From Dendrobates tinctorius (taxonomy: Eukaryota), in the NCBI RefSeq assembly GCF_039654945.1, contig NW_027361790.1, positions 4,960,001 to 5,024,000 of the forward strand: a DNA stretch of 64,000 nucleotides, written 5' to 3'. The notes under the pieces are model-generated. The model made no database searches, was not told the DNA's origin, and saw only the letters and a list, made by a program, of their open reading frames with translations. A program made the position numbers and the translations under genes. Position 1 is the first letter of the stretch; every line of letters starts with the position of its first letter. Shown piece after piece: positions 47,534 through 62,103 of the stretch.

Positions 47534-48421
47534 TTAAGCGATGCGGCCGTGTTGCCGCGATGACTAAGCGACTGTTGCTGATTGGTCACGGCCTAACTGC
47601 CGCGACCAATCAGCGACGCAGGATTTCGGTTACAGACAGATATGATAGGACAATTATATATATAGATAATGCACTGGCAATATGCCTCTATATAGAATAA
47701 TGCATTCCTCAGAGGCTTCAATATAGTATATATAATGCAGTCCCCATAGACCTCTAAATAGTCTAATGCACTCCCCATAGGCCTATATATAGTATAATGC
47801 ATTCCTCATAAGCCTCGATATAGTATAATGCACTCCTCATAGGCTTCTATATAGTATAATGCAATATTCACCAGTCACCTCTCCTTCTCGTTCTCTCGCT
47901 GCTCTGAGCGCTCGCTCTTCTCAGCACAGTGGGCATTATGTCTGACATCATAGCGTAGAATATAGAAAATACAACAATATTGTAGGGTATTATTGTAGAA
48001 AAATACAAAAGGATAAAAGAAACTCCTTTAAATATAATCTTTTATTGGTATATAATAAAAAATGCCAAAAATAACCAGCTTTATAATAAAAAGGGCATAT
48101 GAGGGTCCAGGTTAGCCAAAAATTGGTCTGGTCTAGGATGAACGGATAGGGTTAACAGGAGTGCCTGGGATTTGGCACAATTGAGTGGAAACACTTGGAT
48201 AAGTCTAGGGAGGATAGAATGTATATAACCCTATTTGACCCTTCCTATCAGCGGATGTTGGCACCCTATACAGTGTATGTGTATATATATATATATGTAT
48301 ACATACACAGTACAGACCAAAAGTTTGGACACACCTTCTCATTCGAAGAGTTTTCTTTATTTTCATGACTATGAAAATTGTAGATTCACTCTGAAGGCAT
48401 CAAAACTATGAATAAACGTAT

Positions 48422-51347
48422 GTAACATAGTAACATAGTTATTAAGGTTGAAGGAAGACTTTAAGTCCATCTAGTTCAACCAATATCCTATCCTAATTTG
48501 CCCTAACATGTTGATCCAGAGGAAGGCAAAAAAAAAAACCCATGTGGCAAACAGTAAGCTTCACATTGGGGAAAAAAATTCCTTCCCGACTCTACATACG
48601 GCAATCAGACTAGCTCCCTGGATCAACGCAATATTAAGGAAACTAGTGTACATACCCTGTAATATTATACTTTTCAAGAAAGGCATCCAGACCACTCTTA
48701 AATTTTAGTAGTGAATCACTCATTACAACATCATATGGCACAGAGTTCCATAGTCTCACTGCTCTTACAGTAAAGAATCCGCATCTGTGATTATGCTTAA
48801 ACCCTCTTTCTTCCAGACGTAGAGGATGCCCACTTGTCCCAGTCACAGGTCTAAGAGTAAAAAGATTATTAGAAAGGTCTTTGTATTGTCCCAGCATATA
48901 TTTATGCATTGTAATAAGATCACCCCTAAGCATTCGATTTTCCAAACTAAATAACCCTAAGTGTAATAACCTGTCTTGGTATTGCAGACCCCCTAGTTCC
49001 CTAATAACTTTGGTCGCTCTTCTCTGCACCCGCTCCAGTTCAGCTATGTCTTTCTCATACACCGGAGACCAGAACTGTACACAGTATTCTAAGTGTGGTC
49101 GCACTAGTGACTTATATAGAGGTAAAATTATGTTCTCCTCATGAGCATCTATGCCTCTTTTAATGCATCCCATTATTTTATTTGCCTTTGCAGCAGCTGC
49201 CTGACACTGGCCACTAAATGTGAGTTTGTCGTCCACCCATACACCCAGGTCTTTTCCAGTGACAGTTTTGCCCAGTGTTTTACAATTAAGCACATAATTA
49301 TACATCTTGTTTGTTCTTCCCAAGTGCATGACCTTACATTTATCCCCATTAAAGCTCATTTGCCATTTATCAGCCCAAGCTTCTAGTTTACATAAATCCT
49401 CCTGTAATATAAAAATGTCCTTCTCTGTATTGATTACCCTGCAGAGTTTCATGTCATCTGCAAATATTGAAATTCTACTCTCTATGCCCCCTACAAGGTC
49501 ATTAATAAATATGTTAAAAAGAAGCGGGTCCAAAACTGACCCCTGTGGTACCCCATTGCTAACTGTGACCCAGTCCGAGTGTGCTCCATTAATAACCACC
49601 CTTTGTTTCCTATCCCTGAGCCAGCTCTTAACCCACTTACACATATTTTCCCCTATCCCCATTGTTCTCATTTTATGTATCAACCTTTTGTGTGGCACCG
49701 TATCAAAAGCTTTTGAAAAGTCCATGTACACCACATCCACTGCATTCCCTTGGTCCAGTCCTGAATTTACCTCTTCATAAAAGCTTATCAGATTAGTCTG
49801 ACAGGAATGGTCCCTCGTAAATCCATGTTGATATTGGGTCATGAGGTTATTCTTCTCCAGATACTCCAGTATAGTATCTCTTAGAAAACCCTCCAGGATT
49901 TTACCCACAGTTGAGGTTAAACTTACTGGCCTATAATTTCCAAGTTCAGTTTTTGTCCCCTTTTTGAATATTGGCACCTCATTTGCTATACGCCAATCCT
50001 GTGGTACAGACCCTGTTATTATGGAATCTTTAAAAATGAAAAATAATGGTCTATCTATGACTGTGCTTAATTCCTGCAGTACTCGGGGATGTATCCCATC
50101 CGGGCCCAGGGATTTGTCAATTTTATTGATTTTTAGACGCCGCTGTACTTCCTGCTGGGTTAAGCAGGTGACATTTAATGGAGAATTTTTATCCCTGATC
50201 ATGTTATCCGTCATGGGATTTTCTTGTGTAAATACTGTTGAAAAAAAGTCATTTTGGCTTTTTCCTCATCCTCATCCACCATTTCACCCAGACTATTTTT
50301 AAGGAGACCAACACTATCATTTTTTAGCTTCTTACTATTTATGTAGTTAAAGAATATTTTGGGATTATTTTTACTTTCTCTGTCTCAATCTTTGCTGTCT
50401 TGATTTGCTTTTTACAGAATTTATTTAATGCCTCATCACTACCTAATTGCTTTAATTCTCTAAATGCTTTCTTTTTGTCACTTATTGCTCCCCTTACAGC
50501 TCTATTTAACCATAGTGGTCTCCTCCTATTTCTAGCATGTTTATTGCCATACGGTATATATTGTGCACAGGTCCTATTGAGGATGCTAATAAACGTCTCC
50601 CATTTTCTTTGTGTATTTTTATGTGTCAGGATATCATCCCAGTTAATTGCACCAAGATTATCTCTCATCCGTTGGAAATTTGCTTTCCTCAAGTTTAGTG
50701 TCCTTGTAACCCCTCTACTACACATCTTATTAAAAGATACATGAAAACTTATTATTTTGTGATCACTATTACCCAAGTAACCCCCAACCCTTATATTTGA
50801 TATGCGGTCTGGCCTGTTGGTTAATATTAGGTCTAGCAGTGCCACCTCTCTTGTTGGGTTCTGAACCAGTTGTGAAAGGTAATTGTCTCTCATAGTTGTC
50901 AAAAACCTATTACCTTTGCTGGAACTGGAGGTTTCGGTTCCCCAATGTATTTCAGGGTAGTTGAAGTCCCCCATAATAATGACTTCTCCTTGAGTCGCCG
51001 CTTAATCTGTTTTCTTTATGAGGATATTGTCTGTTGCTTCCATCATTTTTGGAGACTTATAACAAACCCCTATAAGTAATTTATTATTTCCCCCTCCCCT
51101 TATCTCCACCCACAGGGACTCTACATTTTCATTAGATTCATATATATCATCACGCAGGATGGGTTTTAAGGATGATTTTACATATAAACACACCCCTCCC
51201 CCTCGCTTATTTGTAAGGTCATTTCTGAACAGACTATAGCCCTGTAAATTAACCGCCCAGTCATGGCTATCGTCCAGCCATGTCTCAGATATTCCCACCA
51301 TGTCATAATTATGTTCCAACAACATTAACTCCAATTCCTCCACTGGA
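48422..51347 (-). mobile_element. CR1 LINE, 5'-truncated, ORF2 frameshifted (APE endonuclease + RT)
   Basis: ISETWL, GDFNYP, SDH, NYRPVSLTS, DFSKAFD, PQGSVL and FADD motifs; 3' tail (CTATGTTA)n. Confidence 0.95.
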
Positions 51348-51392
51348 GGAATTATATAATTTACAAAAAAGTGTGAAACAACTGAAAATATC

Positions 51393-52352
51393 TTATATTC
51401 TAGGTTCTTCAAAGTAGCCACCTTTTGCTTTGATTACTGCTTTGCACACTCTTGGCATTCTCTTGATGAGCTTCAAGAGGTAGTCACCGGAAATGGTCTT
51501 CCAACAGTCTTGAAGGAGTTCCCAGAGTTGCTTAGCACTTGTTGGCCCTTTTGCCTTCACTCTGCGGTCCAGCTCACCCCAAACCATCTCGATTGGGTTC
51601 AGATCTGGTGACTGTGGAGGCCAGGTCATCTGGCATAGCACCCCATCACTCTCCTTCTTGGTCAAATAGCCCTTACACAGCCTGGAGTTGTGTTTGCGGT
51701 CTTTGTCCTGTTGAAAAATAAAAGATGGTCCAACTAAACGCAAACCGGATGGAATAGCATGCCGCTGCAAGATGCTGTGGTAGCCATGCTGGTTCAGTAT
51801 GCCTTCAATTTTGAATAAATCCCCAACAGTGTCACCAGCAAAGCACCCCCACACCATCACACCTCCTCCTCCATGCTTCACGGAGGGAACCAGGCATGTA
51901 GAGTCCATCCGTTCACCTTTTCTGCGTCGCACAAAGACACGGTGGTTGGAACCAAAGATCTGAAATTTGGACTCATCAGACCAAAGCACAGATTTCCACT
52001 GTTCTAATGTCCATTCCTTGTGTTCTTTAGCCCAAACAAGTCTCTTCGGCTTGTTGCCTGTCCATAGCAGTGGTTTCCTAGCAGCTATTTTACCATGAAG
52101 GCCTGCTGCACAAAGTCTCCTCTTAACAGTTGTTGTAGAGATGTGTCTGCTGCTAGAACTCTGTGTGGCGTTGACTTGGTCTCTAATCTGAGCTGCTGTT
52201 AACCTGCGATTTCTGAGGCTGGTGACTCGGATGAACTTATCCTCCGCAGCAGAAGTGACTCTTGGTCTTCCTTTCCTGGGGCGGTCCTCATGTGAGCCAG
52301 TTTCTTTGTGGCGCTTGATGGTTTTTGCCACTGCACTTGGGGACACTTTCAA
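51393..52352 (-). pseudogene. DD38E transposase (open frame, true start not established)
   Basis: GRPR, WSDESKF, QQDKDRKH and [11 protein letters not shown] motifs. Confidence 0.88.
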
Positions 52353-53676
52353 AGTTTTCCCAATTTTTCAGACTGACTGACCTTCATTTCTTAAAGTAAT
52401 GATGGCCACTTGTTTTTCTTTACTTAGCTGCTTTTTTCTTGCCATAATACAAATTCTAACAGTCTATTCAGTAGGACTATCACCTGTGTATCCACCAGAC
52501 TTCTGCACAACACAACTGATGGTCCCAACCCTATTTATAAGGCAAGAAATCCCACTTATTAAACCTGACAGGGCACACCTGTGAAGTGAAAAACATTTCC
52601 GGTGAATACTTGAAGCTCATCAAGAGAATGCCAAGAGTGTACAAAGCAGTAATCAAAGCAAAAGGTGGCTACTTTGAAGAACCTAGAATATAAGACATTT
52701 TTTCAGTTGTTTCACATTTTTTTGCTAATTATATAATTCCACATGTGTTAATTCATAGTTTTGATGCCTTCAGAGTGAATCTACAATTTTCATAGTCATG
52801 AAAATAAAAAAAACTCTTTGAGAAGGTGTGTCCAAACTTTTGGTCTGTACTGTGTATATATTTATACTGTATACATGAAATGGCGTCCCCGCTCCACGTC
52901 GGCTAGCCTTCTCTGACCCTCAACAGGACTCACTCAACAAGACACCACCAACACCCAAAAAGAGTGCTAAGGTGCAACGTATGTAATATATAATGCTGCG
53001 TGTCTCATATACAAAGAGCCGTGCAGCCATATGGCTCAATGTAGCAAATGGTCTCTATGTGGGTATATTTAGGGCAACCTTACATAAGAGAATAAATCCC
53101 TGTAGGATGTGCAACGAAGATGGTTTATAGCTTCAGCCTCAGCGGATGAAAATTATTTTTTGTGTATAGGGAGGCCCACCCCCAAAAATGTCCAATAGAG
53201 AAAGCATTCAGGTTGGTAGGGAGGTAATTAAATAGGCCCCAGTCACAATAATATGTGGCTAGATCTAGAGACACAGCATATCAATAGTACTGTATGTCGG
53301 GCATTAGAAAATCAAAATTGGGAGAAAATGTGGACTTATTCTGTGCTGCTGAATAACTGAAGATCCGGGTTAAGTCCACGTTGTCTCCCAATTTTGATTT
53401 GTATGGTGGTCGTTACTAAACCTGTAGATCTGCGGCAGCGAATACTCCTATAAACTCAAATTTTAGCTCCATCTGGTGAGCACAATTTGATTGGATTAAA
53501 CCATTTATATCTTGGATAAAACTCTATTTGTGCTATTTTCTCCAGCAGCATCTACTTGGGCATTAAAGAATAAAAGACTGCCCATACTGAAAGAATTGTA
53601 CAATGAGTACAAGATTACAGCCCATTTTTTTGTAATCTTAAGTGTTTTTTCTACTTATCTCAAAGGGGAAGGTCCC

Positions 53677-53734
53677 CCATTCCGATGCGTTTCTCCCCTT
53701 TTGTCTGTCCAAACGGGTTTCATCAGGGGAATGG
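53677..53734 (-). ncRNA. Minimal type I hammerhead ribozyme motif
   Basis: CCATTCC-C-CTGATGA-AACCC...GGGGA-GAAAC-GCATC-GGAATGG: intact CUGAUGA and GAAA boxes, 7-bp stem I; stem III palindrome has one G>A change. Confidence 0.7.
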
Positions 53735-53799
53735 TTATGATAAACCAGGGGCTACACATGTGGGCTACCCTGCTTGTCATTGCGGATCTCCTATGAATG

Positions 53800-54380
53800 A
53801 CGGAGATGATGAATTGTGCTACATATAGCAGGGTTGAAGCCCTGCTATGTGTAGCAAAAGTATTTGGATGATCTCAGCTTCGAATCTCCTAAGGGGACTA
53901 ATCAAGTAAAATGTAGAAAAAATGTTTTTAATTAAAAACTATAAAAGTTCAAATTATCCTCTATTTGCCCCATAAAAAATATAGTAAACAAAATAGACAT
54001 ATTTGATATCACTGCTTTCAGAAATGTCCCATCTAACAAAATATAAACTAAAGTAATCTGATCGGTAAATGGTATAACAAAAAAAAAATCAAAATGCCAG
54101 AATTGCGTTTTTAGGCTCGCCACAACATTGCAATAAAATCCAATAACAGGTGATCAAAAGATCGTATAAACTCCAAAATGGTATCGCTAAAAACATCAGA
54201 TCGGCATGCAAAAAATATACCCCAGCCCCAAATCCTGGAAAATGGAGATGTTCCGTGTGTCGGAATATGGCGGCATTTTTTTCTTTCTTACAACCTTTGG
54301 ATTTTTTTACCACTCAAATAAAAAAAGAAGCTATACATTTTTGATATCTGCAAACCCATAATGAACTGGAGAATCATAAT
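53800..54380. mobile_element. piggyBac-like non-autonomous internal fragment
   Basis: Similar to 6850-7410. Confidence 0.5.
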
Positions 54381-54563
54381 GGCAGTTTTCCCACCGCACT
54401 CCCCCTGACATCACATCGGTGAAGTGAGTTCATTGACTGTGAACTCTCAGGACCTCTCTGACGGCACCATGAGCAGAAGAACTTTCTCACGCTCGCTGTT
54501 ACCTCAGACAGGGAATAGGAGTTCACAGGGACTAGCCAGCCTATACAACGGGACACTTACACT

Positions 54564-54862
54564 ATGAGAGGGCGAGCAGCAGCGGCCCACCCTCCACAAA
54601 GCCCTCGATGGGATGAACAAGATTTGTTTGCATGCAGTCCAGTGTTGGAAGCAGAGTTTGAAGGGCGGAAGATGAGATGCTTGGTTGACACGGGATCCGA
54701 ATGTACCATAATGCCCTTAGAAGTGTATGAGAGATACTTCAGTCAACTAGTGGTTCCCAAAGACGGCCGAGTGATATGACTTACCACCGCTAGCAATGGC
54801 CAACTGATGGTTAAGGGGATCGTGTGGACGCAGTTGAAATTGTTTGGTGAAGAGCTGGGTCA
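54564..54862 (+). mobile_element. Gypsy aspartic-protease fragment
   Basis: FEGRKMRCLVDTGSECTIMP followed by an in-frame stop. Confidence 0.75.
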
Positions 54863-54867
54863 GTTTA

Positions 54868-55036
54868 CATGATGGCCAAATTGGACACCTTAAATTTACT
54901 GCTATTGACAAGGTATTTAAACCTCAGAGGGGGGGGGGGCAACTGGGATCAGTTGTTTTTACAACGGGAGGCTAAATGGATTTTTTATTTGTATAAGGGC
55001 CTCAATGATCAGATTAATTACGGTTGTTTCATCTGA
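54868..55036 (+). mobile_element. Penelope-like GIY-YIG endonuclease C-terminal fragment (not in the ORF track)
   Basis: Manual translation, frame not checked across the G-run: HDGQIGHLKFTAIDKVFKPQRGG..NWDQLFLQREAKWIF..KGLNDQINY. Confidence 0.7.
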
Positions 55037-55132
55037 ATTCCTTCTTCCTTCTTGTCCTTTTTTTTACCCACAGTATAAAATCATTACATCATCATGCCTT
55101 AATCTCTTTTTTGTCACCTTGTATTAGGATTT

Positions 55133-56887
<1,755 letters not shown>

Positions 56888-57044
56888 CCTTCTCGCTATC
56901 TCTAATTTTCTTTCCCCATTTTTTGTTTATTATGTTATCATGACGATTGCTCTGATGTTGTACGTACAGTATATTGCCTTGCTCCATTGATCTGCTTGTA
57001 TGATGGATCGGAAGTTGGGCACATTTGATTGACATAAGTTATGC

Positions 57045-57490
57045 GCTCCCTGGCAGCGTTGAGTAGGAGGCTGTACCAGAGTTTCCAGAAGTGATGCCAT
57101 GCGCTTTGTTGGGCGGCCTATTGTTTGCCGGCTTATGTTTCACAGACCGGAAACCGGGCCCCTTATACCGCTGCACTTTATAGAATGAGTAGGAGGCTGT
57201 ACCAGAGTTTCTGGAAGTGACGCTGGGCGCCTTGTCGGGCGGACTATAGTTTGCCGGCTTATGTTTCACAGACTGGAAAGCGGGCTCACTACACCGCTGC
57301 ACCTTATAGAATGACGGTATCGGAAGTTACATCGGGTGAGTGGGTTGCACTCGCCAGCGTATGTTCCGTAGACCGGAAATCGGGCACATTTCTCTGATGC
57401 GCTCTATGAACTGACGTCACTGGAAGTGAGGCCAGCGTCTCAATGAGTAGTTCCGCATTCGCCAGCGTGCGTTCCACAGACTGGAAGCAA
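57045..57490. repeat. Diverged 126-bp tandem repeat
   Basis: TGAGTAGGAGGCTGTACCAGAGTTTC at 57060 and 57186, plus decayed copies. Confidence 0.7.
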
Positions 57491-57917
57491 ATGTGAGTAA
57501 TGATAGTCGCTGACTATCCGTTCTGTCTAATCCTTTGGTACTGTTATGCTATCTCATGCTTTGACCCCCGCCTCATCTGGTAAACGTCCCAGTCTATGCC
57601 CCTTGGTAACTTTGTCCCGTAGTTACCCTTCTAGGAGTTTTCCTTCAGCTCCTAGCTCTCAAGCTTAGGCCACGCCCCCAGCTGTCAGGTTCTTCGTGTC
57701 CTATCTGGCCTGAAGCAATCTCTCGCTGTTCCTGCTTCCTCTGAGAGACCTGTAGCTGGATCCGTCCCTTGGCACTCACTTGCTTCAGGTCCTGTTTGTC
57801 TGAAGCACGCATCTCCACCACTGCTTCCCCGCCTCACAGGTATCTTTGAGCACAGTTTGTCTTACTCAGGACATGTGCACTGGCTCAGTGAGCAAGTGCA
57901 GTTCGGTGTTCCTGACA

Positions 57918-58850
57918 ATCTATATGCTGATGACACTCAGATCTACCTCTCTGGTCCAGATGTCACCTCTCTGCTATCCAGAATCCCAGAGTGTCTATCA
58001 GCCATATCCTCCTTTTTCTCCTCTTGCTTCCTCAAGTTCAATGTGGATAAATATGAACTAATTTTCTCTCCTTCATCTCGCATATCTTCCCTACCTGATC
58101 TATTTATCACAATAAATGAAATCACACTTTCCCTGTCCCAGAAATCTGTTGTCTCGGAGTAACCCTTGACTCTGCCTTGTCCTTCAAACCACATATCTAG
58201 GCTCTCGCCACCTCCTGTTGCCTCCAGCTCAAAAATATTTCCAGAATCCTTCCCTTCCTCAACTCTCACTCTGCCAAAATGCTTGTGCATGCCCTAATCA
58301 TCTCCCGCCTGGACTACTGGAACATCCTCCTCTGTGGCCTACTTTCTAACACTCTTGCATCCCTCCAGTCTGTCCTTAACTCTGCTGCCCGACTAAATAA
58401 TCTATCTCCTCGCTACACTCCTGCTTCCCCTCTTTGCAAATCCCTTCACTGGCTCCCAATTTCCCAGCATATTCAGTTTATACTACTAACACTGACCTGC
58501 AAAGCCATCCAAACCTTTCTCCTCCATATATTTCCAAACTAATCTCCCGATATCTTCCCTCACATAATCTCCAGTCCTCCCAAGACCTCCTTCTCTCCTC
58601 CATGCTTATTCGCTCCTCACCAAATCACCTCCTAGATTTCTCCCGAATATCCCCTATCCTCTGGAATTCTGTGCCCAGACACGTCCAGTTATCCACCACA
58701 TTTGGATCCTTCAGATGGAACCTGAAAACCCATCTCTTCAAAAAAGCTTACAAGCTGTAATAACCACGCTGCCACCTCAACACCAATGGAGCTACTGCAA
58801 CCCCGACATACTGTCTCCTTCCCCATAATCCTGTAGAATGTAAGCCAGCA
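57918..58850 (+). mobile_element. L2 LINE 3' fragment
   Basis: YADDTQIYLS, LVHALIISRLDY, SLHWLP and LKTHLF motifs; 3' UTR ending GAATGTAAGCC. Confidence 0.9.
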
Positions 58851-59989
58851 AGACAGCAGCGTCGGAAGGCTCAGTTTCGAGTGCGATGTGGTATGGATGT
58901 ATGTCTGAAGTTGCCGGGGCTGATCTTGGCGTTTCCGCATGACGTAGTCACCAAGGCAGGGGTAAGGGTACAGAGGAAATGGTACCAAGTGCCCGAAGGC
59001 AGGTAATTAGGTGACAGGATGAGCTGCAGGTTTAGGGAACCCCAAATAAACAAGGTCGAGACCAGAAAAAGCTGGCCCAAATCTACTGTTTGTCAGGAAA
59101 GTGGGTGTGTCTTTTGCAACAGAGAACAGGGAGGTGGGTGGTCACGTAACAAAGTATGGAGGAAAACCACGAAGGGGAGGGATGCTTGCATCAACCGATG
59201 TTTACGGTCCTTACTTTGGTTTCTCAGTACAGTGTCGGGTGGGGGTTTCACAGTGTCATGCGGATGCCCTGTTATGCTCCCATGTGGGGTGACAAGTGTT
59301 CAACCTCACAGATTTGAACAGAGGGAGGGAGTATATGAGGCAGTGACTGGTGGTACATGTATGGGTCACTGTATGTTCCCCCAGGATGCGCACGGAGGCG
59401 TATTGAGGCCATGAGAGTCCATTGCAGTCACAGGCGTAGCTGTGGTTGCAATGCAGACTAAAGTGAGTATAGGTCTTGGACATGCTGGTTGTCCAAGGCA
59501 GATTTAGGGAAAGCCTGCTCTGGGCTTATGTGTTTTGAAACAGTACAGATGATAGTGGGGCAGTCCATTTCATTCCCGGCCCAGGTTTTCCATGTGGCTG
59601 AAGGTCACAGGTTGCTAGTTAAAAACCCTGCAGTATAGGGTTTGGGTGTATAAGGTTCAGGATCAGTGTCACTCTGGTGTTTGCTAGAGTGCAGTACAGT
59701 CGGTCCTGCACAGCTCCGCCTGTGTGAGGCAGCACAGGCAAGCGGAGCCAAACATCCAAGGCAGCTGAACAGCCTGGCACCCACAGCGTACACAGCGGTG
59801 CAGTTGCCCACGGCAACAGGTCTCAGGAGGTGGACTGCCATGTTTATTGGCTGTAATCCAGAGGATATGGTTCCCCGCTGTGATCCAGAGGATATTGTGT
59901 GCTGTGCATTATTTGTGAGTTAAACATTAAAGAGACTTTTGCTTTGAAATTTGCTGGGTCACTGTCTCATCACTGCATATGGTGTTACT

Positions 59990-60320
59990 GCTGCATTACA
60001 GTGGGCACAGTATTTAACTCCAGGGCTGAAAGGCAAAGCCTTGAAAGTTATTGCTAACCTTTCGCCAGAGCTGGAAAACTCTATAAAAGAGGCCTTGGTC
60101 AGGAAATACAACCTCACCCCAGAGGTATATCAGAAAAAGTTCTGGAATCTACAGTGGGGATCACCTGACAGCTATGTGGATGTTGTGAGCACCTTGAGAA
60201 CCATGTTCCATCAATGGATTCAAGGACTTTCCGTTGCCAGCTTTGAGGAACTAGAGGATCTTATGGTTAAGAATCAATTCCTCCATATATGTCCCATGGA
60301 TGTTCAACAATTTGTGTGAT
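59990..60320 (+). mobile_element. Gmr1-like Gypsy gag fragment with SCAN-like capsid domain
   Basis: L.GKA...IKEALVRKYNLTPEVYQKKF...W....EELEDLMVKNQFL. Confidence 0.75.
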
Positions 60321-60329
60321 CACACATCA

Positions 60330-61712
60330 GAGGAGAGAGAAATGGGGTCTCGCGATCCTGCCCCTGTACCTCCAGTGTCCCTGCATCCCCCCCCCCGTGA
60401 AGTCTACCTGCCGCCGGCGTCTTCTTCCGGGAAGAGAATGCCGAGATCTGCTGGCCAGCACCAGGAAACAATAGGATATTTTTCCTATTGGTTCATTTTG
60501 ATCACTGTGATAGACCCTATCACAGTGATCAAAATAAAAAATAGTAAATCAAGCGCCCCTTTATCACCCCCTTAATTAGGTAAAAAATAATAAAATAAAA
60601 AAAGTATTTATTTCCATTTTTCCATTAGGGTCAGAATTAGGCTAAAGTTAGGGTTGGGGCTAGTGTTAGTGTTGCGCTAAAATTAGGGTTGGGCTAAAGT
60701 TAGGGTTGGGGCTAGGGTTAGCGTTGGGTTTAAATTTGGTTTGGGCTAAAGTTAGGGTTGGTATTGGGGTGTTAGGGTTAGGCTTATGGTTAGGGTTATG
60801 ATTATGGTTGGGATTAGGGATAGGGGTGTTGGGGTTAGGGGTGGAGTTAGAATTGGGGAGGTCCACTGTTTAGGTATATCAGGGAGTCTCCAAACGCAAC
60901 ATGGCACCACCATTGATTCCAGCCAATTTTGCGTTCAAAAAGTCAAACAATGCTCCCTCTCTTCTGAGCCCTGCCATGCGCCCAAACAGTGGCTTACCCC
61001 CATGTACGGGGTATTGGCGTACTCAGAAGAAATTGCACAACAAGTTTTGTGGTCTATTTTATCCTAATACCTTTGTGAAAACAAAAAAATGGTTCCAAAT
61101 TAAATTTTTTGTGAAAAAAGTAAAATGTTCATTTTTTCCTTCCACATTGCTTTAGTTCTTGTGAAGCACCTGAAGGGTTAATAAACTTTTTAAATGTGGT
61201 TTTGCACACCTTGATGGGTGCAGTTTGTAGAATGGTATCACTTTTGGGTATTTTCTGCTATATTGACCCCCAAACTTCAAATGTAAGGTGGTCCATAAAA
61301 AAAATGATTTTGTAAATTTTGCTGGAAAAATGAAAAATCACTGGTCAAAGTTTAACCCTTATAAGGTCCTAACAAAAAAAAATTACGTTTCCAAAATTGT
61401 GGTGATGTAAAGTTGACATATTGTAAATATGTCAACTCTCTGATTTAAGGGTACAAAAATTAAAAGTTTGAAAATTGCAAAATTTTAAATTTTTTTACCA
61501 AATTTACTTTTTCTTCATAAATAAACGCAAGCTATATCGAAAAAATTTTACCACTAACATGAAGTACAATATGTAATGAAAAAACATTCTCAGAATCAGT
61601 GGGATACGTTGAAGCGTTCTAGATCTATAACTTCATAAAGTGACAGTGGTCAGTTTTGTGAAAATTGGCTTGGTCATTAAGTACCAAATTGGCTCTGTCA
61701 CTAAGGGGTTAA
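60330..61712. mobile_element. piggyBac-like non-autonomous element, right part, containing TTAGGG-like repeats
   Basis: Ends ...GTCACTAAGGGG|TTAA. Confidence 0.6.
60625..60860 (+). repeat. Degenerate telomere-like (TTAGGG/TTGGGG/CTAGGG) array
   Basis: Direct read of the hexamer variants. Confidence 0.85.
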
Positions 61713-62103
61713 ACACAAAGATAAACATGGCCCTCTGGGCAAAAAACAAAATTGTATCACTTTGTGCAGTCCTTGCACTAGTGGGGGTCAGCCCACTTGG
61801 GGTTAACAATGTCCTTGCACAAGCACTATGTTCATAAACACTCTCCTGGTGTGCTCTCCCGACTCTCAACAGCCCACACTAACCCTGGAGTTCAGCCATT
61901 TAAAGCAGACCATGTGATTCTCCATCATGTGAAGGATCACATGATCTTGACATCACACAGATTCTGTCAGGACTCTGCATGTGGAGATATGGTGGACCCT
62001 CCCACCCACTCTATGGAGGTCCACTAAAACCAGTCCATAACATACTGTACCTCTCATTCATACTCTCAACATGTAGTGTGCTGGAGGTAACTACTCTGGT
62101 TTT

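Larger units (their letters stand above)
39421..47666 (-). mobile_element. Non-autonomous Helitron with fold-back 3' end, carrying a 55-bp minisatellite, a Gypsy element and a MITE
   Basis: Minus strand A|TCTATATATATAATTG ... CCCGAT-loop-ATTGGG-CCACCAT-CTAG|T; removal restores the host unit CAGTA|TAATGCAC with no TSD. Confidence 0.8.
33123..47950. mobile_element. Host non-autonomous element (hAT-like left end) carrying a 31-bp minisatellite split into three blocks (about 34130-34389, 39067-39420, 47667-47870)
   Basis: CAGGCGTAGCCAGGGG start; unit ATATAGTATAATGCACTCCCCATAGGCCTCT resumes across both large insertions. Right end not found. Confidence 0.5.
48308..52852 (-). mobile_element. Tc1-superfamily DD38E (Intruder-type) transposon with CR1 inserted in one TIR
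   Basis: TIR CAGTACAGACCAAAAGTTTGGACACACC; about 250-bp TIRs overlap the transposase 3' end; 38-residue spacing. Confidence 0.92.
47960..53790 (-). mobile_element. Probable non-coding Penelope-like/retrozyme-like element split by the Tc1+CR1 insertion
   Basis: Hammerhead motif at 53677-53734, inverted repeat at 53309-53400 and AT-rich flanks; boundaries approximate. Confidence 0.4.

Noticed and set aside
60625-60860. True telomere or chromosome fusion site
   Set aside because: Short, degenerate, single orientation and internal to a transposon.
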